A DNA stretch of 64,000 bases from Myxococcales bacterium (GTDB lineage Bacteria > Myxococcota_A > Bradymonadia > REDH01): the NCBI GenBank assembly GCA_020633625.1, contig JACKDJ010000014.1:18035-82034 (forward strand). The letters run 5' to 3'. The notes below the pieces were generated by a model, which saw only the letters and a list, made by a program, of their open reading frames with translations, ran no database searches and had not been told where the DNA came from. Below, in pieces: positions 1 through 9,366 of the stretch. The translations under genes and the position numbers were made by a program. Position 1 is the stretch's first letter. Every line of letters starts with the position of its first letter.

Positions 1-80
1 CGTCCGTGCTCGTGCCGGCCGAGAGCCGCCGCTGTTCGATCGCGGTGGCGCGCGTTCGCAAGATCTCCTCGCGGTGGACG
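1..80 (-). pseudogene. Downstream (C-terminal-ward) fragment of the IS-disrupted AlbA_2-domain gene; continues beyond the window start
   Basis: The reverse strand of 1-80, in the frame dictated by the upstream fragment, is open and protein-like (VHREEILRTRATAIEQRRLSAGTSTD). Confidence 0.45.
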
Positions 81-133
81 TGATCCTCATTTCCTGATCC
101 AGGTGCTACGGGAGGCCGACCCCGGAGCACACG

Positions 134-406
134 ATGAAGAAGAAGAAGTTCAGCGACGAGAAGATCCTGGCTCTCCTGGCCGAAGTCGAGGCAGGAGCGA
201 CGATCGTCGAGACGTGCCGGAAGCACGGCATCTCAGAGCCGACATTCCACCGCTGGAAGGCCGAGTTCGCCGGTCTGGACAAGGCCTCGCTGGCCCGGAA
301 GCGAGAGCTCGAGGAGGAGAACGCACGGCTGAAGAAGCTGCTCGCGGAGACTCTCCTGGCCAACGAGCTGCTCAAGGAGGCGAACGCAATGCTGGGAAAA
401 CTGTGA
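134..406 (+). CDS. IS3-family transposase OrfA (helix-turn-helix / leucine-zipper part)
   Basis: 90-aa product MKKKKFSDEKILALLAEVEAGATIVETCRKHGISEPTFHRWKAEF..., typical of IS3/IS911 OrfA. It ends just after the slippery heptamer G GGA AAA at 394-400. Confidence 0.85.
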   Translation: MKKKKFSDEKILALLAEVEAGATIVETCRKHGISEPTFHRWKAEFAGLDKASLARKRELEEENARLKKLLAETLLANELLKEANAMLGKL

Positions 407-1236
407 CGCCCGCGATTCGCCGTCGAATCGTGGGCGGGCTCACGGAGAGGCCGGGTGTGTCCGAGCGGGCCGCGTGCGCCGCGCTCGGCTGGAGCCGAAC
501 GTCGGTACGGTACCAGGCGGTGAAGCCGGCTGCGCACCCGGCCGAAGCAGTGATGTTGTCGGTAGCTCGCGAGCAGCCTGCCTGGGGCTATCGCCGCATC
601 CATGACGCCGTCCGAGGACGCGGCATCCGCGTCAGTCGTCGCCTGTTCCTGCAGCTCTACAACGAGCACCGGCTGGCCCATCGTCGGCGGAAGGCGGCGA
701 AGCGCGCACGGCGCTCCGGCAAGCCGCCGGAGCGACGCGCGACGCGTCCGAACGAGATCTGGGCGACGGACTTCATGAGTGACCAGCTGAAGACCGGGAT
801 GCGGATCCGCCTCCTCGTCGTGGTCGACGAGTACACCCGCGAGCTGCTCGCTCTGCGCGTAGCGCGGTCGTTCGCGGGGGCGGACGTCGCCAGGGTCCTG
901 GATGAGCTGACCAAGGAGCGCCGGGGGGCGCCCGAGTGTCTTCGTACCGACAACGGTGGCGAGTTCATCGGCGCAGATTTGACTCGCTGGCGCGAGCGCC
1001 ACAGCGTTGCGCCACTGCTGAGTCGGCCTGGGAAGCCTGTCGACAACGCGATCTGCGAGAGCACGAACGGCCGGATCCGCGCCGAGTTCCTCAACACGAC
1101 CGTCTTCACTGCCGTCCAGCACGCCGCCGAGGCGGCGGCGGAGTTCCGCTTCCACTACAACCACAAGCGACCCCACTCGTCCCTCAAGAACCAAACCCCG
1201 GCTGCGTTCGCGGCCAATCACCCGAACCTCTCATAG
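397..1236 (+). CDS. IS3-family transposase OrfB (DDE integrase core), expressed as an OrfAB fusion by a -1 frameshift at GGGAAAA (394-400)
   Basis: The frame starting at 103 gives ...WATDFMSDQL...LVVVDEYTRELL...DNGGEFIG...ESTNGRIRAEFL...HYNHKRPHSSL, an rve/DDE integrase with the conserved D, D, E and the C-terminal HSSL motif. The X XXY YYZ slippery site lies exactly where the two frames overlap. Confidence 0.85.
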   Translation, partial: KTVTPAIRRRIVGGLTERPGVSERAACAALGWSRTSVRYQAVKPAAHPAEAVMLSVAREQPAWGYRRIHDAVRGRGIRVSRRLFLQLYNEHRLAHRRRKAAKRARRSGKPPERRATRPNEIWATDFMSDQLKTGMRIRLLVVVDEYTRELLALRVARSFAGADVARVLDELTKERRGAPECLRTDNGGEFIGADLTRWRERHSVAPLLSRPGKPVDNAICESTNGRIRAEFLNTTVFTAVQHAAEAAAEFRFHYNHKRPHSSLKNQTPAAFAANHPNLS

Positions 1237-1745
1237 CGCCTGGTACCGGAAACAGGGACCACGTCCCGGTCGAGGTCTTCGAGGCGTACGCCCACTGCCG
1301 GCTGGTTCTCCCAGCGATGCCTGCTGTGGTTGCGGTCGAGGAGCAGTCGCGCGTACTCGTCCTGCGACATCACGGTGGTCGTCGAGCCGACGCGCTTGTA
1401 CGGCTTCGACTCAAAGACGAAGGGCGCGAACGGACGGGAGGGCAGAGCCTCGAGTACGAGGACCTGCCGGCCTTTGCGCACGTCGACCCGGCTCAGCTCG
1501 ACGCGCGCCGGCGGCTCGAACCGCCCGAGCATCGCGGCGACGTCGCGGAGCGTCATGTCGGCGACCTCCTGCCCGACGAGCTTCCCATCGGGGCTGACGC
1601 CAATCAACACCCGGCCACCCTCACCGTTGAGGAACGCGCAGAGCGTCTCGCCAGCGCGCTTCAGCTCCGCGGTCGAACGCTTGAGCTCGAGCGTCTCGGA
1701 CTCGCCCTGAGCGATGAGGGATTGGAGTGCGCTGAGGGTGGTCAC
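1218..1745 (-). pseudogene. AlbA_2 / Schlafen-like putative DNA-binding domain protein, N-terminal part, disrupted by the IS3 insertion
   Basis: N-terminus MTTLSALQSLIAQGESETLELKRS... matches the AlbA_2 (PF04326) 'ESETLEFK' signature. The ORF runs into the IS right end; its last 15 codons and stop are IS-derived. Removing the IS and one ACG copy restores an open in-frame continuation (…D|VHREEILRTRATAIEQRRLSAGTSTD…) through bases 80..1 of the window. Confidence 0.65.
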
Positions 1746-2237
1746 GGATCGCTCCGATACGTGTCGATAGGCCGTGGTCCACCTGCATCATCGGAACGTG
1801 TCAATGGACGTGAGACCACGGTCACTCGAAAATAGGGATCATCAGGGGGCAGGGCCGCTTTTCCAGCAGACTCTCCCCGACCTGCGAGGCAACGTCTACC
1901 TCTCGAGCGCTGGGCCCGACCTCGAAGATGTTGGCGCGTACCTCGGCAGCAACCTCATCATGCCGGACGGAGGACACAGCCACACTGGAGTCACCGGATC
2001 TGCGGGAAGGCACAAGCATGACATACGCGGGGCTCGCGTCCAGGAGAAGGGTGGTGTCGCGCTCGCCACGGGGACCCCGAGGAAGCCGCACGACCACGAC
2101 ATGCCAAGTACCGGTGAGCACGCACACTCGATCGGTCCAGAGGGCGCGCACACACACGGCACCGACAAGCGACCGCTGAGCTTCGTGCTGACGTTCATCA
2201 TCCGGGTCGCCTAGCCCAAGGCCGCGCGACCTGCCGC

Positions 2238-3026
2238 CTACCCCGGCGGTAGGTCGCGCGACCGCGCCGCATCGACTGCGACGAACCAGCCGGCTCGTCG
2301 CGCGTCCGCGAACTGCCGCTCCAGGCGCGCGGCGAAGTCGCGGTCGCGCAGCAGCACTCCTACCTCGACGTTCCGCTCGTTACCCCGCCGGGTGAAGTTC
2401 GCGGACGTCACGTAGGCACGCTCGCCATCCACGACGGCGCACTTGGCGTGCAGGCTCGCAAACACGCCGCCGTCCAACACCCGCCGATCGATCCAAATGT
2501 TCGGCCAGCGATCTCGCCAGGGCCAGTTCCCCCGCACGAAGTCACGAACCTGCGCGTCGACCTGGCTCGGCGTCACCCCTACCGGCCCGGATGGCGACGC
2601 CTGCGGCTGATTGATGTTGAGGTAGATATCGACCTGCACGCGGTGGGCGACCATCGCGTCATGCAGCGGTGCCAGATGGTCGGCGCCGCCGTCGAAGCTG
2701 TACCCGGCGAGCAAGACGCGCTCCCGAGCGGATCCAAGGACCTCGCGCAGGACGACGACGCTTCGGCGCGACTCCGCGACCGGAGCTTCCGGCCCGGTCC
2801 AGACCAGCTCCGGCGCGCACCCGGCGTGCGCCGCTCGCTCGGTCAGGATCGCTTCGACGACGGGAAGCCACGCCCCGTCTTCTATGCGCTGAAGGGCGTC
2901 GCGAATCGACGCTTGCTCGTCGTCGAGGCCGAGCGCTTCGAAGGCAGCCGACGTCAGGCCGCGCGAGTCCCTCAGCGCGACGGCCAGCCGACGAAGCGTC
3001 TCGGTTGAGAGGTCGTGGACGGTCAC
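2238..3026 (-). CDS. drmC: DISARM DrmC, phospholipase D-family (HKD) nuclease
   Basis: C-terminal HKD motif ...SLHAKCAVVDGERAYVTSANFTRRGNERNVEVG... Probable GTG start at 3026 overlaps the drmB stop (GTGA). The ORF-track extension to 4073 is drmB antisense or out-of-frame sequence. Last gene of the drmD-drmMI-drmA-drmB-drmC order. Confidence 0.8.
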   Translation of the reverse strand: MTVHDLSTETLRRLAVALRDSRGLTSAAFEALGLDDEQASIRDALQRIEDGAWLPVVEAILTERAAHAGCAPELVWTGPEAPVAESRRSVVVLREVLGSARERVLLAGYSFDGGADHLAPLHDAMVAHRVQVDIYLNINQPQASPSGPVGVTPSQVDAQVRDFVRGNWPWRDRWPNIWIDRRVLDGGVFASLHAKCAVVDGERAYVTSANFTRRGNERNVEVGVLLRDRDFAARLERQFADARRAGWFVAVDAARSRDLPPG

Positions 3027-4888
3027 AAGAGTGGCGGGGCGGCGAAGAACGCAGCTCTCGGGTCCGCCCCGATCGTCGGAACCACGAGGGCACGGTCCAG
3101 GTAGCGATTGAACCACTCGCAGGAGCACTCCGCCACATACAGGCAGCCGTGACACGCCGCGCCGTCCAACCACCGCTCCGAGCCGTCGGTCGGCTCGTGA
3201 CCGGCGCAGACCGGGTCGTTCGAGCACAGGGAGCCGAGCCGCAGTGCACGTTCGAGGTGGTCGGCGAGAAACCGGCCTTGCTCGACGAGTCCGCCGAGCG
3301 TGCCGTCGGTTCCGGGACTCCCGGTGCTCAACAAGAGCCCTGACATCGCTCCCGCCTCGTGGTCCGGCGGCGCGCAGTAGATCCGCTCGCGGATCGAGCT
3401 TGCGCTGTATCCGCACTCGAGAGACAGCGCGGTGATCAGCAGATGGGAGAGGCTGTGCAGCAGGTAAAACCTCGCTCCCGGGAACTCGCCCGCGCCGCCG
3501 GCGTGCCGGTGTGCCAGCCAGCCCTGGTAGAGCTTGGCCGCACGATCGCGCACCTCTTGCCGGGCCTCCCACTCCGCGAGCCGCTCGGGGTCGAGCTCGA
3601 TGAAGACTCCCTCGCCGCGGATCTCCGAGGCCGGGAGCCATGTCTGAGTTACCCCGATCGGCTGAATGCGGTCCTGGACCTCGTGTTCGCCCTGCAGTGT
3701 CGCGGCGGGCGGCTCGATCCGTGTGAACCCGACCAGCGCCCTGACCTCCCGGAGGTTGTGTGCGAGCACGACGCGCGAGATGCCCGTCCCGGCCGGTGGT
3801 GGGACGGCACGCGGAAAGAACGTGGCGTTGTCCGTCGGTGGACGCTCGCCCGGCAGCTCGAAGTCCGCGCGCACAAACTCGGAGTACTCGGCGTGACGAA
3901 GGGGCGGTGGCTCCGGCTTGTGCCCCCGCCGAACCTCGTCGACCACTCGCAGCACCGACGCGTCGTCGAACGAGCCGAGCGCATCGGCGATCGCCGGGAT
4001 CGTGCGAAACACGGGCAGGCTGTCCGGCGTCGCTGCCTGGAGGGTCGCCCAGCTCGCCCGCACCACGTCCCACAGGGACACGCTCGTGTCGGGAATCGAC
4101 AGCGCGCTCTCAACGACAGAGAAGTATGCGTTGCTCGCGGTCCGCACCAGCAGCCGCGTCCTCTCCGTGCATGACTCACCCTCGGCTCCGACGGGACCGA
4201 GCCACGGGCGTCTACCGCGACAGTGTGGATTCGCGCTCTCGTCGCCGCGGGCATCGATGAGCTGGCGCACCGCGCCGCAGCTTCGACACCGGATGCGAAT
4301 GGACGCGAAGTCGCCGCTGGGGCCTTCGTCGAAGACCAGACTCGGTGCCTTGCACGCCTGCTGGTCGGGGGTGCCGGTCTGGTGCACGAACCAGACCCAC
4401 GGAAACTCGTCGATATGCCCGTTTCGGCACGCCGACAGGAACCGAACGGGCACACACTCCGAGCCGCGTTTGGTGCAGTCGTGGACCCAGCGGTCGCGCT
4501 TGCGCGTCAGGCCGGCGGTCGCCCGTATCAGGGCGCGGCACTCCGTGTTCTGGCACACGAACCAATCAGGAAACTGCAGGGCGTCGATGCCCACGGACTT
4601 CCGCGGGGTCTGGTCGTCGCCGGCCGGCGGCGCGCGAAACGCGTCGGTGACGTCGAGTGGCCGGTCGTGAGACTTCAGTCGCCGCGCGAGGCGATTCGCG
4701 AGGCGTGGCTCGTCGATTCTATCCCACTCGCGCCCGACGCTGCGCCAGAAGTCCAGTCCGCTGATCATCACCGCGTCGTGGAGCAGGTCAACGAGGGCGC
4801 CGGGCCCGTACGTGGTTATCACCTGGCTCCGGCGGAGCTGCCCGTCGGGGCGGACGTACCCTGCGGCCGGTCGACTACGCGTCGCCAT
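3023..4888 (-). CDS. drmB: DISARM DrmB (DUF1998 family, Cys-cluster protein)
   Basis: MATRSRPAAGYVRPDGQLRRSQVITTYGPGALVD... N-terminus and the C-terminal Cys cluster CQNTECRALIRATAG...HDCTKRGSECVPVRFLSACRNGHIDEFPW are characteristic of DUF1998. Its start overlaps the drmA stop by 14 nt. Confidence 0.75.
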   Translation of the reverse strand: MATRSRPAAGYVRPDGQLRRSQVITTYGPGALVDLLHDAVMISGLDFWRSVGREWDRIDEPRLANRLARRLKSHDRPLDVTDAFRAPPAGDDQTPRKSVGIDALQFPDWFVCQNTECRALIRATAGLTRKRDRWVHDCTKRGSECVPVRFLSACRNGHIDEFPWVWFVHQTGTPDQQACKAPSLVFDEGPSGDFASIRIRCRSCGAVRQLIDARGDESANPHCRGRRPWLGPVGAEGESCTERTRLLVRTASNAYFSVVESALSIPDTSVSLWDVVRASWATLQAATPDSLPVFRTIPAIADALGSFDDASVLRVVDEVRRGHKPEPPPLRHAEYSEFVRADFELPGERPPTDNATFFPRAVPPPAGTGISRVVLAHNLREVRALVGFTRIEPPAATLQGEHEVQDRIQPIGVTQTWLPASEIRGEGVFIELDPERLAEWEARQEVRDRAAKLYQGWLAHRHAGGAGEFPGARFYLLHSLSHLLITALSLECGYSASSIRERIYCAPPDHEAGAMSGLLLSTGSPGTDGTLGGLVEQGRFLADHLERALRLGSLCSNDPVCAGHEPTDGSERWLDGAACHGCLYVAECSCEWFNRYLDRALVVPTIGADPRAAFFAAPPLL

Positions 4889-7800
4889 CTGCGACCTCCC
4901 TCTTGAGCTCGCGACGATAGACCCACACATGCACCGACGGCTCAACATCGCGCATCGACATCGGCGCGGTGAACGCGCGCTCGTCCGGGCTTCGATCGTC
5001 CGTCTCGTCGATGCCGGTGGACATGATCGGGCGACCCCGACCGTCGCGGTCGAGGACCGTGTATGTGCGCGTCGCGCCGCCTTCGACGGCCTCCCGCAGC
5101 AGCACCTCGAGCCTGTCGAGCAGGTTCTCGCCGCGCGCAACCACGGCCTTCCGCAGAAGGTCCGCGCCCTTCGCGTCGCCGGCCGCCGCGGCCCGATTCG
5201 CGACCGCAGTCAGCGCGCGCGCGGCGATGCGCGCGCGCGCCGCCGGAATTCGGTGCACCGCGCCCGCGGGCATCAGCTCGGCCTCCCCGTGCCGAATCAT
5301 CGCGATCAGCGCCCCCGCGAAGCCGCGCTGCAGTGCCGGCGCAGAGAACGGGGTGAGACTCGTCGGCTCGACGAACCGGTAGAACGACCTGTGAAACGCG
5401 ACGAAGCCCTCATAGTGCGAGCGGTCACGCGGTCGGTGCAGGTTGTAGCACGTCACCACCAAGCCCGGCCGATCGTCGCGCCGTCCCACGCGGCTCGACG
5501 CCTGAATGTACTCGCTGGTCGTCTTCGGCTGTCCGGCCACCACCATCAGGCCGAGACGGTCGATGTCGACGCCGACAGAGATCATGTTGCTCGCGAGAAC
5601 GACATCGACGTGCTCCTTCAGCGCGAAGCTCTTCTCTAGCCGCGCCTTCGTCGCCGCGATGCGAGCAGTGCTCTCGCGACTCGTCAGCTCGGCCGGCTCC
5701 GTCGCGAGGTCGCGGTCCGCAAACCACGGGTGCGCGCCCGTGTGTGCCTCTGGGACGCGACGCGACGCCGACGCGCAGCGCACGCGCGCTTCATCTTCGA
5801 CGAGCCGACGCATCCCGCCGAGCTCGCGGAGGCTGTTGAAGTAGCCCACGAGCGTCATGTAGGAGTCGGCCGGCTGGTCCTCGACGCCGGGAAGCCATTG
5901 CTTCTGTGCGCCGGCGAGCAGCGCCGAGTATGTCCGCAACAGGATGTTCTTCGTCGGCCGCCCCGCCGCCGCAACACCGGCATACAGGCGACCTGGCACC
6001 GCGCGATCCACGACCGAGAACCAGGTCTCGTTCTCGTCGATGCCCGGCGGCGGAAACACACGCAGGCGGTCCCGAGCAAACAGCGCGCGGACGTGGCGGT
6101 CGGCCCGCCGCACCGTCGCGGTCGACGCAAGGAGCTTGGGCCGCCGCGTTCGCCCATCTGGCGTGACGACCTGACAGAGGTGGTCGACCGCCGTCTCGTA
6201 CAGCCCGACCATGGTGCCGAGCGGCCCGGAGATCAGGTGGAGCTCGTCTTGGACGATCAGCTCCGGCGGCTGGAGCCTGTCTGGAAGCGACACCGCGCCG
6301 TCGCGCACGGCCTCGGTCGCGGTGCCAAAGAACCTGCCCCCACTCCGCGCCGTCACACGCCCAAACAACATCCCGGCCTGCGCGCGGTATGGCAGCAGCG
6401 CGAACTTGTCGACCGTGCCGATCAAGAAGCTCGGCAGCTCGCGGTAGATCTGCTCGTCGACGTACACGACCGGCAGGCCGTCGGCGTGACGTGCGTCCGA
6501 GAAGTCGCAGCGGTGGTTCGAGCAGCTCAGCACGAGCCGCTCCGGAGCGCTCGTGCTCGGGAGCAAGCGGAAGCTCTGCGCGTTGAACGCGCTCCCGCAC
6601 CAAGGGCACGCCGGCAGCGGGCACGGAAGCTCGGCTCCCCGGTTGTTCTTGTAGTCGGTGACCTGGCGAGCGAGCGCCGCGAGCGTGTTCGCGGTCGCGC
6701 TCGTCCCAACCCAGAGGCCGATGCCGAAGCGAACGTCGCCCAGCGTCGACGGAGCCTCGCGGCGCTGCTTCTCGAGCGCACAGACGAGCGTGGCAGCCCG
6801 CCCGAGCTGATCGAGCGTCAGAAGACGCAGCGTGTAGCGTAGGATCACGGTCACGCCGAGACCCGCGTCTGGTCTCCCGTGACCTCGCAGTCGGCGCAGC
6901 ACCAGCGCGAACGCGATGACGCCGAGGTATGCCTCCGTCTTACCACCGCCCGTCGGGAAGAAGATCAGCTCGACGGCAGCCCGATCCGCGTGCGCGTCGT
7001 CGGTCACACCCACGACGTTCAGGAGGACGAACGCGAGCTGGAACAGGCGCCACCGCGGCTCCGCGCCGCCGGCGTACCGCTCGGGGCTGCGAGCGCGCGC
7101 AGCATCGGCCATCGCGCGGTTCGCGAGCTGGAACGCGCGCCGCGCGACCGCGTCCGTCGCCAGGACCTCGATCCCCCGCTCGATTCGGGTCGCCGCCTCC
7201 GAGGCATCCGCCAGGAGCTGCTCTCGCGTCTCCCGTCGACGCTCGCCGTCGAGCGGGACGAGGTGCTGCTCCGCCACCCAGCGCCGGTACCCCTCGACGA
7301 TCGGTCCAAGACTGGCGCGGAGCTCGGCCGGATCGTCCAACAGCGAGAGGCGGCTCATCCGCACCTCGACGCCGGCGACCTCGCGCGCCACCACTCGTGG
7401 CACCTCCGCAACCGGGATCCAACGCGTCTGCACCACCGTCCCGTCGATCACACCCTCGGCGACGACCGTCTCGACCGCGACACCGTGCCCCGTCGCATAC
7501 TCGCGGACATCGCGGAACTGCAGATCCGCGACCCGCGCGTCGACCTCGTCGATCTGGGCGTCTCGCGGGTTTGGACGCACGACGAACGGTGACGCGGCGC
7601 GGACGACAAGCCCCACCTGGAACGCGTAGCCAGCGTCCCGCGCGCCCTCGGGGGCGCTCGCCCGTCGGTTGACCAGAAACAGCGCGACGGCGCGCGTGCC
7701 AGGCGGGACCCCGGCCCGAGGGCTGTCGACCGGCTGAATGCTCCCCTCGATCACGAGCCCGTCGCTGTCGGGGACCGCGACCCCGAGCGCAAGGGACCTC

Positions 7801-8351
7801 GCGTCGAGAGCGACCGTGACCGTCTCGCTCCGCGCGGGCCGCCGCTGCCACAGCACTCGGCGCGACGGCGCCGCGGTCACGGGTGCGCCGGCCGCGCGCG
7901 CCGTCATCGCCGCCTCGTCGATACGCTCGTAGTCTGCCCACCGGGCGGTGATCTCGACCGAGGCGAGTCCGTCGGGGACCAGGAGCGACATGCCGATCGA
8001 GGCGGGGACGAACCGACGGCGCTTGGGCTCGGGGTCAGCGTCGTGCGCGTCTTCTGACGCCACGTCATCGCCGGCGCCCTCTTGCTCGTCCTCGTCGGGG
8101 GAGTCCAGCTCGCGGTCTTCCTCTGGGGCGATGAAACCGGTGAGGTACCAGCGCGAAGGCGACATCTCGAGCACCTCGCGCTCGCGCGAAGGGTCGAAGG
8201 GTCCGACCAGATCGGCTTCGAGCGTGCGGACCAGGTGGTCCCGAACGGCGACGGCTGGGGTCACTGGCTCTCCCGAGGTTCGACGTCTGCGGAGCGTGCC
8301 CGATCCGCGCCGACAAGTGAAGCGCGACGGCTGACCGCGGAGGCGGATCAA
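4875..8351 (-). CDS. drmA: DISARM DrmA (DEAD/DEAH-box superfamily 2 helicase); start uncertain (ORF track gives a TTG at 8351; an ATG lies near 8165)
   Basis: Walker A FFPTGGGKTEAYLGVIAFAL, DExH-type motif IVQDELHLISGP, and helicase C-terminal motifs LASNMISVGVDIDRLGLMVV and QASSRVGRR. Position between drmMI and drmB. Confidence 0.75.
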   Translation of the reverse strand: MIRLRGQPSRFTCRRGSGTLRRRRTSGEPVTPAVAVRDHLVRTLEADLVGPFDPSREREVLEMSPSRWYLTGFIAPEEDRELDSPDEDEQEGAGDDVASEDAHDADPEPKRRRFVPASIGMSLLVPDGLASVEITARWADYERIDEAAMTARAAGAPVTAAPSRRVLWQRRPARSETVTVALDARSLALGVAVPDSDGLVIEGSIQPVDSPRAGVPPGTRAVALFLVNRRASAPEGARDAGYAFQVGLVVRAASPFVVRPNPRDAQIDEVDARVADLQFRDVREYATGHGVAVETVVAEGVIDGTVVQTRWIPVAEVPRVVAREVAGVEVRMSRLSLLDDPAELRASLGPIVEGYRRWVAEQHLVPLDGERRRETREQLLADASEAATRIERGIEVLATDAVARRAFQLANRAMADAARARSPERYAGGAEPRWRLFQLAFVLLNVVGVTDDAHADRAAVELIFFPTGGGKTEAYLGVIAFALVLRRLRGHGRPDAGLGVTVILRYTLRLLTLDQLGRAATLVCALEKQRREAPSTLGDVRFGIGLWVGTSATANTLAALARQVTDYKNNRGAELPCPLPACPWCGSAFNAQSFRLLPSTSAPERLVLSCSNHRCDFSDARHADGLPVVYVDEQIYRELPSFLIGTVDKFALLPYRAQAGMLFGRVTARSGGRFFGTATEAVRDGAVSLPDRLQPPELIVQDELHLISGPLGTMVGLYETAVDHLCQVVTPDGRTRRPKLLASTATVRRADRHVRALFARDRLRVFPPPGIDENETWFSVVDRAVPGRLYAGVAAAGRPTKNILLRTYSALLAGAQKQWLPGVEDQPADSYMTLVGYFNSLRELGGMRRLVEDEARVRCASASRRVPEAHTGAHPWFADRDLATEPAELTSRESTARIAATKARLEKSFALKEHVDVVLASNMISVGVDIDRLGLMVVAGQPKTTSEYIQASSRVGRRDDRPGLVVTCYNLHRPRDRSHYEGFVAFHRSFYRFVEPTSLTPFSAPALQRGFAGALIAMIRHGEAELMPAGAVHRIPAARARIAARALTAVANRAAAAGDAKGADLLRKAVVARGENLLDRLEVLLREAVEGGATRTYTVLDRDGRGRPIMSTGIDETDDRSPDERAFTAPMSMRDVEPSVHVWVYRRELKREVADGDA

Positions 8352-8413
8352 CCGGATCGATGGGCGCTTGACGCGGCCCTCGTGGCGATGCAGCTAGTGT
8401 CGCTCCAATCCAC

Positions 8414-9346
8414 GTGCAGAGGAACGAGATGGCCCGGGTGCTCTCCTGTCTGATGGCGATAGCGCTGCTCGCAGGCTGCGGCGGTGACGACGGCTACCCT
8501 CTCTACGACCCGACCTACTCCGGTGGCGGACAGACGACGTCTTGTGGCACCAACGCGCACGACGACGGCTTCGGAACCTGCGTGTGCGTCACCGGCTACG
8601 ACTGGTGTTCTGAGGACCTCTCGGACACCAACTGCTGCGCGCCCGCAGCGGAGACGTACGGCGAGATCATCGTCAGCTACCAGGGCGCAGACGACGAAGG
8701 CCTCCAGTCCATCGAGGACCGCCTGCGACCGCGCGGCCTGTTCGAAGCCGTCGCGAGCAGCTACACGAACGCGCTCGCCTTCCCCGAGGACCTGTACCTG
8801 ATGGGCGGCGAGTGCGGCTTCGTCAACGCGTTGTACACACGAGCGAACGGTAGCGCCGCCGTCCTGATGTGCTACGACCTGTACGCGTTCATCCTGAACA
8901 CGTTCGCGACGCGCTTCGAGGCGGCCGACGCCCAGATTCTCGCTGACCACACGTGGGCGTTCGTTCTCCTCCATGAGCTCGGGCACGCCCTGATCGACAT
9001 CTTCGACCTTCCGGTCGTAGCGGCCGAGGAGGACGCGGCGGACTCGTTCTCGGTCGTCAACCTGGTAGCAATGGGCCGCGCGGACGCCGCGGAGAGCGCC
9101 GCGGCCTTCTGGTTCCTGGCCGACGACCACCAGGATCTCCCCGAGGAGCTGGCCGACGAGCACTCGCTGAACCGGCAGCGCTTCTACGACATCCTCTGCC
9201 TCGTCTACGGCTCCGACCCGACGACATACGCGTCGATGGGCACGCAGTTCCCGGACATGGCCGGGCGGCTCCCGCGCTGCGAGGACGAGTGGGAGAGCGC
9301 GCGCACGAGTTGGAACGAGCTCCTGGCGCCACACGCCCGGCCATAG
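8414..9346 (+). CDS. Lipoprotein with an HExxH zinc-metallopeptidase-like motif (resembles DUF4344 'putative metallopeptidase'), encoded on the opposite strand inside the DISARM operon
   Basis: Lipoprotein signal MARVLSCLMAIALLAGCGG, motif LLHELGHALIDIF, normal codon bias. The antisense 340-aa ORF (8348..9370) is Arg-rich shadow. Convergent with drmMI (20-bp gap), divergent from drmA. Confidence 0.65.
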   Translation: MQRNEMARVLSCLMAIALLAGCGGDDGYPLYDPTYSGGGQTTSCGTNAHDDGFGTCVCVTGYDWCSEDLSDTNCCAPAAETYGEIIVSYQGADDEGLQSIEDRLRPRGLFEAVASSYTNALAFPEDLYLMGGECGFVNALYTRANGSAAVLMCYDLYAFILNTFATRFEAADAQILADHTWAFVLLHELGHALIDIFDLPVVAAEEDAADSFSVVNLVAMGRADAAESAAAFWFLADDHQDLPEELADEHSLNRQRFYDILCLVYGSDPTTYASMGTQFPDMAGRLPRCEDEWESARTSWNELLAPHARP

Positions 9347-9366
9347 TCGCCGATCCCGACGCTTGT

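Larger units (their letters stand above)
81..1260 (+). mobile_element. IS3-family insertion sequence (~1.18 kb), with 3-bp target-site duplication ACG at 78-80 and 1261-1263
   Basis: Two overlapping ORFs with IS3 architecture (HTH OrfA followed by DDE OrfB in the -1 frame). Terminal imperfect inverted repeats: TGATCCTCATTTCCTGATCCAGG at 81 and the reverse complement of CCTGGTACCGGAAACAGGGACC at 1239-1260. Identical ACG triplets immediately flank both ends. The host ORF reads in frame across the insertion site. Confidence 0.8.

Noticed and set aside
1774-2214. 146-aa ORF in the drmC / AlbA_2 intergenic region
   Set aside because: His/Gly-rich with no RBS context, opposite in orientation to both neighbours. 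Judged a chance ORF in high-GC DNA.
2238-4073. 611-aa ORF-track extension of the drmC frame
   Set aside because: Upstream of ~3026 the frame overlaps drmB and is Arg/Ala-rich. DrmC/PLD proteins are ~250 aa, and a GTG at 3026 coupled to the drmB stop gives the expected size.
8100-8170. Apparent one-base discrepancy between my manual reading of the sequence near 8160 and the ORF-track translation of drmA (…EMSPSRWYL…)
   Set aside because: The ORF track is computed from the true sequence and shows an uninterrupted frame, so the discrepancy is almost certainly my transcription error and not a frameshift in drmA. No frameshift is claimed.
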